Assembly: GCA_000934665.2 (NCBI GenBank)
Contig: KZ538808.1
Span: 1 to 47,128 of the forward strand
Reading direction: 5' to 3'
From: Catajapyx aquilonaris
Taxonomy: Eukaryota
Length of the DNA: 47,128 nucleotides
The translations under genes and the position numbers were made by a program. Positions 1 to 12,773 of this stretch are shown here, one piece after another; the first letter of the stretch is position 1, and the number at the start of each line of letters is the position of its first letter. The notes beneath the pieces are model-generated. The model was not told the DNA's origin and made no database searches. It was given only the letters and a program-made list of their open reading frames with translations.

Positions 1-1155
1 AGCTCAAGGGGGACTATATTAAAAAATGATTAGGAGGATTTCAATAAAGGTGTTCATTTTGATACTCAGGTAGATAAATTATTGAACCACCCTCGTATGT
101 GATGATGGTGATGATGGTAGTCGTGGTGGTGGTGTTACACTGAACACCTATCCCCATAATGCTTACATTAAGTCAAGGTGGGGTGGAGGGCCCATATTCA
201 AAGCTGAAAGATCCGCATATATGAAGAATGCTACTGAGATAATTTTGTGCTGCAGGTTCAGATAGCCACATTTAGAGCTTCTCTCACACTCCAGCATGTC
301 CCCCCAGACGATGGACCTGCACCGAACAGTTAGTTATGGTTTAAAGTATACTGCAAAAAATAATGATAATTATCCGAGCACAATAAACCGCAATTGTAGG
401 CATAAAACTACCCGCGTCCATATACAGCCCGCCGTAAGCGGCAGGCAGGGGNNGGGGTGAACATCTGTCGACAGCAGTGCCGCCTGGCGGCGTTCGATTT
501 TTTTGGGGGGCTGAGCTTTTCCATTGGAGGGATACCCGATCAGCATACTTGGTTAGTCCAGTGTCCAGGTACTATAACAATGGGTATAACAATGGGTATA
601 ACAAACGTGACGTCATGATATGGCTTCCCTCCTGGCGGTTTCCGTATTTCCAAACCTGCCTACTTGCAGTCCGACCGCAACATTTGCAGCCGCACGAAAA
701 CGGTGTTCTTTTTAGCTCGCGCCGCAACCATGGCGACGGAACGCAGGTAACTTGTTTACTGCAAGTACTTGCAGGCGGGCGTTCATTTTGCAGCCCTTAA
801 TATCCGTGGGCACGAGCGTTACCGCTGCGCCACTTCACCTCCCCACTGAGGGGGATATTATTTTGAGAAGGCGCTTCGTTATTATCACACTATCGTCACT
901 TTCCAGTATGAGTCAGGATGCATGGAGTTACTGAATGATCGGGAAGGAGTCCGGTACATGCTCTTGTCTGCCAATTTAATATAAGGTCCACATTGAATGT
1001 CATCCACTCCCAATCAATCGCTACCTGTAAACAGTGGCAACGACAGAAAGAGCGCTAAGCACTCTCCACATGGCGATGTCCGAACATGCGCAGTTGCCAG
1101 GTAACGCCAAAGTCGTTGTTTACACTTGTTATATGCTATTGTGCACGGCACTGTA

Positions 1156-1557
1156 CAGTACCCTGCATTAATGGCCATGCACAGACATCGCCATCTGGCC
1201 AGATTGAGCGGAACTAGGCGTCTGGTTGGCTGTGTCCAAAAATACTTTGATGATCAAGACTGCTTACAAGTCCGCTCTAGACGGCTCAAGATATCGCGGT
1301 GGATTAACAGGCATTCGCTCGGTCCGTGTAATAACTGGTTCACAACCTCAATACATTGATAGGAATCGCAATGGCCTTATAATTCATCCCACAGATATAT
1401 CTGTGATCCGCTGTGATCCATCTTTGTAGCAAGAGTTTGAATCTACCGCTATATCTTGAGCTGTCCAAGTATTTTGGACGCACCCCACAGGCGCCTATTT
1501 CCGCACGTTCTTGGACAGGTGGCGATGTCTGTGCATGGCCATTAATGCAGGGTACTG
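1156..1557. mobile_element. MITE, Tc1/mariner-pogo (Tigger-like) type
   Basis: About 45 bp TIRs CAGTACCCTGCATTAATGGCCATGCACAGACATCGCCA at both ends, flanked by TA. Confidence 0.8.
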
Positions 1558-1823
1558 TACATCGTACCCCTACCCCCTGCCCACATCACATCAAGCAGTG
1601 AAAATTAATATTCCAGCACTGAATATATCAACACGCTCGCCCCCTCCACGTAATTGGTCATTTAACGGCGGCCTGACCTCTACGCAGTATAAGAATCCCC
1701 ATCGGAAGGAGCATCGTCGTCGCATGGAATACTGCATCTATAAAAGAATGACCTGACATTTGACACATTTACAGTGCGGCCAACGCGCATCACAGATAAC
1801 TGTGCGAAATTGTAATGATACAC

Positions 1824-2149
1824 AAAGGACATGGCGCAAAATGTATGGGCCAGTGGCCTTCCGTTCGATTTGCCTGAAAATGGGATATGTTGTAGCCCAG
1901 ACTGTCCTGATCAATGTTGGATAGGAACATTTTAAGGTAGGACCTACATGGAGCATGCTAATGACCTCCGAAGGTAATATGGGGAGTATAGGAACTACTC
2001 CCCATATTATATTAGCACGCTCCCTGTAGGTCCTACCTCGAAATGTCCCTATCTAACATTGATCAGGACAGTCTGGGCTGCAACATATCCCATTTTCAGG
2101 CAAATCGAACGGAAGGCCACTGGCCCATACATTTTGTGTCATGTCCTTT
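1824..2149. repeat. Long near-perfect palindrome (foldback-like)
   Basis: Arm aaaggacatggcgcaaaatgtatgggccagtggcc... mirrors ...ggccactggcccatacattttgtgtcatgtccttt. Centre is taatatggggagta-taggaac-tactccccatatta. Confidence 0.9.
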
Positions 2150-3915
2150 CGAGTCTGAAAAATGCCCATGACCTTGCGCTTATTAGCCGACGAAGCCCAA
2201 ATAATCTGTCTCTCTTTCCCATTTAACCATCCGGACACATACGACTTCCCCCTCTGATCTGGTCTCCCTCCTTCGTATGCTCTCCCCANCAGTCTCGGCT
2301 CTCGATGCGCCTCTATTAGTGGCAGGGATTGTCACCAGCACGTCAAGTTTCTTCGGCTGCCGATGGACCCATCAACGTCGGACAATACATTTGGCGGCCA
2401 TAGTACCACTTAAATTTGCAACAGGAAACATTGCTGAGGGAGTTCAATTGACAAAGGGCCCAACTCCACTGATTGTGACCTTCAATAGACACTGACTTAT
2501 TGCTTTCTAGTAGATGAGATCTAGGTGCCAGTAGGTATGTATCATGGTGCTCTATTAGCATCATCAACCACAAAACTCGAAATGGAGCAATTACTCGTGT
2601 ATGCAGTACTTTGTCTCTCCTGAAAAATTTGACCTCGTGGAGTAGGGCCCCTTGGCAAATGACGTCTTCAATAAATTATATTGGAGGTGATGCCTTGAAG
2701 CCCTAAGTGTATTTATTTACTTATTTGTAGCACCCACCTGAGGCATTGGAGCCCTAAGTTTAATGCCACGAGTGCGAAAAACTTCAGGCCAGGTATAGAT
2801 CAGCCTTTGCAGCCAGAGTTTATTTTCAAAACTTTCAGAACATTGCAAAGTGAAATGGTAGAATTGAATCAGTTGTTACGAAAAGGGCTTCAAGTCCACT
2901 TTTGGCATTTTCGAGTTAACACTGCCATGTTGCTTCCTGAGTTTCAATGCATATGGTATATCGTGCTGAATGAAAACGGCATCAGTCAAAAAATGCCTCT
3001 GCACATGATAAAGCTTCACTAAAATAATACATAATAGTAAAAGGACAGATAGGACCATTTTTTATGAGAAGTTGGTTCGTGGCACTGAAGCTTTTTTCGT
3101 AACAATTGAATCAATTACTGTAATTTCCTAGCAGCCCCATGTTCCACGAATCGAGATGCTTCCACCTCCACCACTACTACTGGGAACAACACTCAGGCCA
3201 CAATTGAGCAAGGTTCCAGAAGGAGCACTATTACACGGATGAGAATAAGATTGCAGTTGTTCTGCACTTTGTAGTCGTGTCTACAGTTCAATGGTTCTGC
3301 ATACTGAATTACTGACCCCATATTGAAGTAATTAACTTACTTCCAGTCGGACCCTGAATATTTTCACATGTTCCAGTTATTCTTAGCTCCGTGGTTCAAG
3401 CTTTCTACCGTTACCTCACTTATTGCAACATGCCGGTGTGAAACGAGGTCGACCAGCATGCTGGTATAACCCGGGGATGTCCGGCATGCCGCAATAACGG
3501 AGGTAGAGTTCCATCATTTTGATCCTCGACACAAATTTTGGAATGCATCTGGTACTGTACTAAAATAATGTTAATATGGTGAAAAATGGGCAAGTACAGG
3601 TCTACAGGACTGTGAGAATATGCAAGTTCATCTGTTGCACAGAGCATAAGAATGTGACCAATCCCATATTCAGGCCCATGCCTGGAGTGGTGGCCCTTCA
3701 AATAATTTCATATCTATCTTTAATTGTCTTCTGAGAGGATTTGCTACCATGAATTCCACAAACGAATGTAAATAAAAACATTGTTTGGAGGTTAGAGCAC
3801 TATGTGAGTGATCAATTGAGTGGCATTTAAATTTTCGACATTTATCAGTTCTGCTTTTGTAGCAGCAATTGAGTCCTAATGTTCTCATTGGTTGTTTGTC
3901 ATTATTTATTTCAAT

Positions 3916-4244
3916 TATTATTATTATTTTCATTACCTCACTTAGGGAGCTACTTACTCCTTTGGGGGTGTGGATTACCACCATCGAGATTTGTTGGGGC
4001 GTGTTAAGAAGGATCTTATTAGTTTACTCTAAGGGTAGGTGGGAGGGGATGTGCAAAGTGCATGTGCGCTGTCGTTGAGTGGTCATTTTGTGAACCCCCC
4101 GGGTGGATTAGTCTTTAAGAAATTTCCACCCGAAATGAAGCCAGAGATGGCCCAACTCTGCACGGATAAAGGTGGGAACCTCGGGTGGGGATTGAACCTG
4201 GGACCTTCATATCCGTGGGCGCGTCGCCACTTCCATCTCCCCGG
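3916..4244 (-). mobile_element. tRNA-derived SINE (second family), full length
   Basis: 5' GGGGAG..., B box AGGTTCAATCCC, short (AAT)n tail, 11 bp TSD tttatttcaat at 3905-3915 and 4245-4255. Confidence 0.8.
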
Positions 4245-4359
4245 TTTATTTCAATATTTTAGAATTATAATTTTTTTCTCCTTTCTTATTGGGAAGATGT
4301 TAAGAAAATGCTATAGGAACTGACATTGCGTTACTCAATTCTTCTCGGGTCTCAGGAGG

Positions 4360-5295
4360 GTATTACAAACCTGATTGGCTGGCCTGGCATATGAGATCTT
4401 GAGTGAGGTCGTCCGGTATATCAATGCCCAGGTTATGAAGCATGTGCTGCAGCTCGCTGGCATTGACTCGTCCATCTCGGTTTTGATCTAGTAGCACGAA
4501 CGCTGTCCGAAGGTCTGGGGGGTTATGTACAATAGAATTAACCATCTATACTCTTACACAATACTGAACACTGGTCAAGTGATTCAAGAACACTTTACCC
4601 TTGATAATAATGGGTTTTCGTGTTCTTCATTGGCGGGCCGTCGAGAGCATTCAAATAATTCATGAAATTAATCAAAGTAATGATTCAGATATCACAGTGG
4701 GTATCTTGCTCAACTTCCTTCACACAACTACAGGTACATTGTAGGAAAGATACACCTTCAAAGTGATATTGGTATTAAGTTACACATTTTCACCTTGTGA
4801 CACTATAAAATTGTAACATTGCCCCCAAGATCCGTTAAAACACTGACCCTCAACATATTTCGAGACAAGATGTGGAAGGTGTCCGTCAGTAACCTAACGT
4901 TATACAAAATCAGACCCCGGCAAAAAGTTGCAAGTGGAAATAAAGAGAGAAAACTGGAGGGGTACATCGCGTATATGTCCTGGTACTTAGCACTTCTGCT
5001 CAATTCCGTGACGCACAGGTGTAACTATGTAAGCATAGAAATATGTAAGGAAGGAGCCCTTATTGACGTGTTGTTCATCGTGTAATAACTTTATCTCTTA
5101 ATCTAACCTTTAAAACATGAATCAAAATGAAAAACTGCTGACTGCCACCTTATATTTTCCCCAGCGCAGGCAAAAGCAAACTGAACTGGCCTGCTAATAG
5201 CCTTTCAATATATTTCTTGAAATTCTGATTTAATTTGGTGCCTTGAAATGTGGGGAATGCCAATTTCACAAATCTTATAAATCTTATGATGTAAA
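4360..5295. repeat. Local segmental duplication (direct) of 17044-18314
   Basis: Near-identical sequence from gtattacaaacctg to atcttatgatgtaaa. Differences are scattered SNPs, a shorter G-run, a 13 bp indel near 4978-4990, and absence of the SINE found at 17887-18212. Confidence 0.95.
4371..4514 (-). pseudogene. Duplicated copy of the E63-1-like EF-hand-1 exon (orphan exon or possible alternative 3' exon)
   Basis: 144 nt differing from 17055-17198 at only two positions that I could see (GCA>GCG synonymous; ATT>ACT, I>T). AG acceptor and GTTTGT donor retained. No copies of the other exons are visible nearby. Confidence 0.85.
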
Positions 5296-5297
5296 AA

Positions 5298-5406
5298 GCG
5301 GGGGAGGCGGAGTGGTGCTGCGGTAACGTATTCGCCCACGGATGTTAAGGTCCCGGGTTCGATCCCAGCCAGGGGACACTCCCTTCATCTCGTGCAGAGT
5401 TCAGGG
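5298..5406 (+). mobile_element. tRNA-derived SINE head related to the 3916-4244 element
   Basis: Shares GGGGAG, GCCCACGGAT..AAGGTCCC.GGTTC.ATCCC and CGTGCAGAGTT with the minus-strand copy; B box GGGTTCGATCCC. The 3' extent is uncertain and may run to about 5557. Confidence 0.7.
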
Positions 5407-5557
5407 AAAATAATGGCACCTCTATACATATAGTGATGTTTGCATAAAGTAATTTCTACATAACCAGTGCCAAGGAGCTCACATTACAAGTTTCTCTGAG
5501 TTGTTATTAAACCCCATGTACTACAGTAGAGTGCGTGCTTCCTACAATATAATAATA

Positions 5558-6767
5558 GGGTAAACCATACAGTTACGGGCCACCATACAGTAATGAGCCA
5601 CTTATATAGTAGTCTTATTTATATTAATGTATGTAGTGAAAGTAGTGATCATTTTCGCCCATGGGTGGCTGCACTGCATTGTTGGACGAACGTTGTATAC
5701 AATTGAAGAGCACAGGGGAAAAACGGGGAATGTCACACAAAAAAATGTCCATGAAAAATCGAAGAAATAGCTTTATTTCTTCACGTGTCTAAAGAATAAC
5801 AGGGATATCTTCACGTCATTATATGCAACTGTCACCCTTGTACCCATGGAAAGCCTCCAGGTATAAGTGTCACCTATGCTACTATTGTATTTTTCATCAG
5901 TCCAAAAAGAATTGTCCCAGTCATCCTGATGTGTGTGCTGCCCGCTCGACACACACCATGTAACTTACATGGTGTGTGTCGAGCGGCCAGCCCACACGTC
6001 AGGATGACTGGGACAGTTCTTTTTGAACTGTTGATACTGTGCACTTGGCAGGAACCCCAACGGAATTGGACATTCCCCGTTTTTCCCCTGTGCTCTTCAA
6101 TTTTTCCCTGGTTGGCCTTTCATCAAGGTCGCCAGAGCCTCTCGTCTCTGAGTCACTTCCATCAGAGGGTCACTTCACTAAGTAGTTGGTAAGGAGTAGC
6201 ACTGCAGCTAGTGCTAAGTTACAAGGGTTTTCGTCACTCCAGGTTGCCGATGTCAATTTGCATGGCTAGGGTAGACTCCATAGTTTCATATTTTGCATAT
6301 AATGATGAGTCAGTATAGATAGCATGAGTAGAAGGGGGTGGCCCATAACTGTGTGGATCAAAACCATCACTTTACAGTAATGGGCATACCCTACCCAAAA
6401 CTACTACCCAAGTCATCTGTTCTTAACGAAATTGAAAAACTGCCGAGACAGTAGGAAACAGTGCTAGGCAACACCCTGCGCCACGAAAGTGCGGCAAACA
6501 ACAATAGAGTCCCTACAATATTAGGTGGCCCATAACTGTCCCAAAGGCGGCCCATAACTGTACTTTTGTGACTTTTTTGGAAATCCTCATTACCAAAAAT
6601 GACAGTAAAGGAGAATTTCAAAATTACAGTTGCTCATTGAAATAGAACATTCTGAAGATTCAAAAAATATATATAATCAAACTCTAGATGTAATTACTGT
6701 GGGTCATGTTACGATGTGAATATATTTGAAAAATTTCTTAATTGGCCCATAATTGTATGGTTTACCC
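5558..6767. mobile_element. Non-autonomous TA-flanked DNA transposon with subterminal repeats (Tc1/mariner-pogo-like)
   Basis: TIR GGGTAAACCATACAGTTACGGGCCA versus TGGCCCATAATTGTATGGTTTACCC, TA on both sides. Internal GGYGGCCCATAACTGT copies at about 6337, 6524 and 6546. Confidence 0.8.
5701..6102. mobile_element. MITE nested in the 5558-6767 element, with internal hairpin
   Basis: Perfect 34 bp inverted termini aattgaagagcacaggggaaaaacggggaatgtc; internal palindrome at about 5898-6030. Confidence 0.8.
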
Positions 6768-9700
6768 TATAATATTCAAGTAATCTGAATAGTACCAGCA
6801 CAATCCATGTAGGCCTACTGGTTCGTAACATTATACTGTAAGAATTATTTTTGGAGTTATGCAGGGACACATTTGCGATTGATATTATTGTGTATATCTT
6901 GGAAAGTCAACAAAAATGTAGTCAATACCAATAATGATTATTTGATAAGAAATATGCTTTTACAAGACAGTTTTGGCATCTGCCCGATAAAATATCATCT
7001 TTTAAAATTGTGCCAATTTGCGACTATGTAAGAATTTTTAGAAATCTGCCCTTTTGAAATCTCCTTTAACCAGTGTATGAAATAGGTTGTCATCATAAAG
7101 TTTGTAAACAATTTGTAAAGGTTGGAGAGGCACATTTTGTTGGTGGCGCATTTAATTGATTTTGTATACGTAAGTATACGTAAGTATATAACTCATACTA
7201 TAGCTCGCCCCATATTTGACGGGGACTTGGCTGTTGACTTCCGTTGGGGAAAGATCGTTTTTGGAGAGACGTTTATCTCCGCTTCAAGATTGTTTCGAGA
7301 GTACTTCTCCCATCTGTTGTGTTGTTTGATTTGGCCGTGGATTTGACTGTATACAAGTTCCAGTGACAATATAAGGAGTGCATATTTAAAACACGCAAGT
7401 TTTTGTTCTTTTGAACTGAACTACACGATCCAGAAAGAAGTCTTCGTGAAGAATCCGACGTTTACGCAAGTAAGTCATATACAGAACAGCATCAGAACAG
7501 TTGCAGTGTATTGTTTACGTTCATATAAGTCAACCGGCTCTTATTGACAGAGCAGAATCTCAGAAAATGTCCTTTGCATGGTATGTGAAAGCAATAATGT
7601 CGATCCTCTTCCAGCACAGATCTTGGTCGTTCTGTGTGTGGTGTATTTGTGGATACCCCAGGGGAAAGAGTGAAACGTGGAAGGAGAACTGTAGTCTGAT
7701 AGAGTCGTCTGTTCAATTCCATTTTATCCTCAAATTGATTCAAATGCGCAGAACTAACCCCGCCAAGGTTGAACCCGACTTCCTAACTTATAAGTTATAC
7801 CATAAGAGGCATTAATGAAATCTAGCTTGCTGTAGTGTACCTTCCACTCGTCATCCTGGTTAGATTTTCACGGAACACGCCGTCACGCACTGTGCAGTGG
7901 TGAATTACGGACCGGATTTTGTAAGATAAAATGCAACTGAACGACCGTCTCCCTCCGCCAATTAAGGTGAAAGCTCACTCTTAATTTCCCAATGAGCGTT
8001 TAGATCGAACTTCCGATGGAATGGCTAGCCTCTTAAATACGCTCTTATATATCTATTTAATCAGCTCTGTCACAGCCTAAATACACGTGATTGTTTTTAT
8101 TTAAATTCGTATGTTGCAAGTAATGGAAGATGATTCCAAGAATGTGAGTGACAATCACTTTTACGGCATACAAAGCGTCGAAAAATGTTTCTTATAATAG
8201 CGGGTAAAGGCAATTCATTTGTATACAATATTAGCCTGTGTGCTCATGTTACGTACAATAACTTAGTATACAAGGAAGCACTGGAGCATACGTCCTTGTG
8301 ATTACGTGAGATTACGCGAGAGAATTAATGTAGCCTACTGTACTGTACTGATTAGCTCCATTGGGCCCTTACTTTTTTGAATGGTTTTATATCAAGGTAT
8401 CACCTGCCACACTAATGTGACGCCAGGTTGGCAGTGCACATATAGAAATGAGGAGTGACCTACACTATATGAGTACACCCCGACCAGATCCGGGCTTTCG
8501 GTGGTCGTAACCAGTGGAAGTAAGCACTTTTAGTGACCACCTGACTCTATACTCATTCAGTATTTGAATATTATTATAAGATTATGGACAACCCCCTCAC
8601 TATAGGTATTCAACCCGTCTGTTAATCCGGGCGGCGCAACCAGGACCCGTATGGCCGTATACTGGCCAAGTTCGCTAGCACTCTACTTGGTAGAGTGCGA
8701 AGGGATGACGTATGCCTCCGAAGCGGGCGGGCTGTAAGGCTACAGCTAGCCGCTCGAGTGTTTTGGTGGTATCGAGAGTGGCCAACAGGTCAACAAAATT
8801 AAACAAGGTACAAGGTGGCCAACAGGTTAAAGTTCCAGCATTACACTAATGACATTCTGTAGTATAAAATGTTACTCTGTGTATTGGGCATCTGACGATT
8901 TATTGACCCTATATTAGACCAAATATTGCTACCTACCCATAAAGTTTCAGTAGGGTGCGCCACATTATTAAGGTTAATTGCCAGCATTTTTATACAGAAC
9001 ACTGCAACAGAATCCCTGGTTTTCGATTTTGAGCAGTTCGTGACAGCTTGAAGATGTTCCGCGTTGCTAAATTTTTCTGGGCTTTCAAACTAACCGTCCA
9101 TTTCACATAATTAACAGTATTTGGCAATAAGATGCTTATTTTAAGCAGTTTTTTAAATTAGTACGTTCAGAGGATGTCACAAATATTAGAGGCCAATATT
9201 AGGTTAAATTTACTGAGCATCCTCTCAAGCTCCGACTTCCAATACTAGTTTCGAGAATGTGGGGATGATTTATTTAGAAAGCGGTTGCTGGTACTATCCG
9301 AGGCCACTGTTGAACCAATATTAATATCACATTAGACCTCCCAGAAGTGTTAACTACCGAACCTTCTTTCAATATTACAATGTATTAATTATATCAGTTA
9401 TAATTCCTGCAATTAACTATGAGAAAGTAACTGCTTGATCATAGTCTAAGCATATTTCCCAGAATAGAAGCAGGTTCATTACGGGGTACCTGTGAATCAA
9501 TACATAAATGAGTAGATTAGGCCTACTGATAAAAACTGTTAGCTGAAACGGATAGTGAGATACAGTACAACGTTCATGCGAAATATTTCCTATATACTCT
9601 GTCCATACTCTTTACGAAATCATCATTATTGAGGTGTATAGGCCTACTGTTGATTACCGAATAGTACCTGAGTGCACATAAATTAATAAAAGTACCTTAT

Positions 9701-12700
9701 ATATTTTTGAAGTTTATTTTAATTCAGAATAATGTATTTTACAATGTTGAACAGCCACTCTTCATAACATAGGTAATGAACAGAATAGCAGAAACCACAT
9801 TCAATAGTTCGCGGGATCCGTCTAGTATCTGCGTATAGTATTGCAGATACATACAGTATGAGGCCTGTTGAACCCACATAACTCAACCACAAAAACAGAA
9901 TCGACAGACTTTCATTTCTGATCGGGTACAACTTTATCATACATAAGCCCACTGCTATGGAAAGCTGTGTTGATTAACAGCATTACCGCTTAGGAAATAG
10001 TAACAGAGAGGTTGCTTATAAAAATTCTAAGCGAGGAAGACACTACAGCACAGATTTTGTACCGAACAGTACGACGTACGTTCGGCGTATTGTGTAGTGT
10101 AGGAAGCAACATGATCTTTAACATAAATATGCAGATTAGATCTGCAGATTTTGTAATAATATATCTAAATTAAATGTGCTGTTACAAATCCAGTTAGAAA
10201 ACTCCATAGAGATTTTAAAAGATGTATTCGTGGGATCACAGCGCTGTAGGTATTGGATATTTTTTAAACCATCGCCATTTATAACGATCAAAATAGAGAT
10301 TTATGAAGGGACCTAGAGCTCTTGGAGAACGTTTTTCAAAAAAAAATCATTTTTTTTTTGCAAATTCTCTTTATATCCATCATCGAAGTGTTGTGATTCC
10401 ACAGCTTATAGACATGTATCCTTTTTAGAAACCTGCATATTGCAGTGGAACAAAACGTGGAGTAAGTTTGAGATTAAATATTGTGATCAAGACGATCATA
10501 GTGAATGGGTATCACGATACCATACAGTCATGTCTTTCTTAACTCATGTATATCACAAAATAATTTCTGCACAAAACTAGTTCTTATATTTTATATGCCC
10601 GCCTTACGGAGGTGAAAACTACGTTACATTAATTTGTTATCAGGTCACATGTAACAAGTATTTTTTTAAACTTCTTACTGGGACTCTACTGACAACATCA
10701 TGGAAGCATGTATAGTAGTGTACACATTGTTATACTGTCAATATTATTTTTGGCGTTACACAACTTCTGAAGCGACAATAAATAACATGATCTGTTTTCA
10801 TACAATTAAGGACTGAGACCATACAAACAAAACTTTAATCGCCCCCTTTCTGTCCATCTGCGCACGCGCGTTTGGATTCAAGCACAGGCTTTTTCCATTA
10901 TGTCAGCTAGACGTGAAACGAATAGGGTAAGGTACTGTAGAATGCAGATCCCTCATGAGTCTTCTTGCGTTCAGGGTCCCAGGAGACGTTTCCTGAGCCA
11001 TATTGGGTCATGTATGCAGAGAAGCTTCTGAGGGACCTAACAGTTATGCATCACAATATTAGTAGCCTATGTATAATATAGGTCAATTTGCTAAATTTTA
11101 CTGTGAATTTTAATCGCGTTCCAATTATTGGGTGTTGGTAGAGTTGACGTTAGCATTTAAGGTTTATAGCGATAGGGGCTAAAACTTTCTCAGTAACGAC
11201 TACTTTATACGGCACCGCACGTAAGAATAAATGCTTTTCATGACTCACTTAACATAACTTCAATAGAGATAAAACCACAACCATATCCACATGCTACTGT
11301 CAGCCTCGAGGATGATTGAATCCCTGTGTGCAACCTGAATTGTTTGGAAGTGAGTTTTATATCTGCCTTTGAAGAATAACCTGACTTTGTGCATCTGACG
11401 ACTAACGCGAAACGCAAGAAGTGCACTACAGTCTAGATCATAATGCTACCGTAGATCTACTATAAATATACGGGTTGAGTAGTGACTCCCTCATAATAAT
11501 GGACACAAGTAGTAGGTTATGCCAGGGTTATGCTTTAACCCATTCCAACACAAAAATGGGCTACAGCATTATTATTTTTTTTACTAGTGAGGCTTTTTGA
11601 TGACGTGCGCTTTGTGACGCTCCTGTGGTGAATAATAAGGAATAGGGTTGACAGCTCATTCACCTTGGGAAATCACCAAAACTTAATTGCCTCGAGTTCC
11701 GTAAATACTCCTCACTGTCAAATATGATGTAAGCTTACTGCATTTTGGTCCATTATTAACGCAGTGGTCACTAATCACCCTCTATTAGTTTATTCATTTT
11801 GTGCGGTTGCTCCAGTGCCGCGCTATAGCTTTACTAATCTACATTACGCGATGGATCACATGCAACCATTACTTTGTCAGCCTTAATGCCTGTTTTCACT
11901 TTGGTATAGTTCTTATTTTCTATGAGGAAACATTTCCCACAAAATGTCACAAATGACGACATGTAACATAATTACGTAAAGACTAAAGGGTGGAAAGATG
12001 TACACTAACGACTTTTTAAACAGGTATAAAAGTAAGTTAAGCCTCTTTTCGAATCTATCTCCAAATACGATTTGTATAGAAAGAGTAATGAACATTCAAC
12101 AATGAACGCAATGAACAGTGAAAATAAGTCAAATTAACATTTTACAGTATACAGTGAGATAAATGAGCGAAATGGTTTATGCCATAAATTTAGATCACGG
12201 GGCATAAGTGCACTCTTTTCTAATAACACTCCTACCTTTTCGGTGCCGTCGCTGAAATAGAAATTGAGAAAATGTATAGACTCGCAGCGAGCAATCCGAC
12301 GTCAATTTTTGTAAAATGGACGCCAATCGCAACTTTGCTTGTGGTCACAGCGCAACTATAGGATCGCCGCCCATTTTGGCTGTCTCACAGAACGTTGGTC
12401 CATGATATGCACTGTGACCCTAGTCGTAACGAAATGCAAAGTCTCCAAGACGGAAGGAAAGCAGAAATCAAGTTTCCATTCCATTGAATTTGTCCACGGA
12501 TGTTATCAGATTGAAGAGAGGCGCTCGCCAAGAAGCTGACTTCGATGCGATTTTGGCCTCCTCAACACGATTCGGGGGGTTTTTTTTTCTGACACTCTCT
12601 CAGCCTGCTTCTTTCTGCTTTCTTCGGCTTTTCTTGTGCTGGCCAACAAAATTGTTCAGGAGACGGGAATGTTTCTTTTTATTCTTTTATATTCCCAGCG

Positions 12701-12750
12701 AGCAACGGTCTTGACTGATGCACAGGCCCCTTTCTTCATTTCCTGGAGCA

Positions 12751-12773
12751 CTATATCATCAGTCTGGCGAATT
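12751..12773 (-). CDS. Eip63F-1: E63-1-like terminal coding exon (EFARLMI*)
   Basis: Acceptor tttcttccgcAG then AA TTC GCC AGA CTG ATG ATA TAG. Completes the EF4 loop and helix (INYE-EF), as in E63-1/calmodulin C-termini. Confidence 0.88.

Noticed and set aside
60..98. Mariner-like terminus ttattgaaccaccctcgta
   Set aside because: Partner end would lie outside the window and cannot be verified.
4803..5085. ORFs also present at 17494-17694
   Set aside because: Intronic sequence repeated by the local duplication; disrupted by a 13 bp indel between copies.
10230..10401. Short inverted match GTGGGATCACAGCGCT / AGTGTTGTGATTCCAC
   Set aside because: Too degenerate and no TSD, so no element can be defined.
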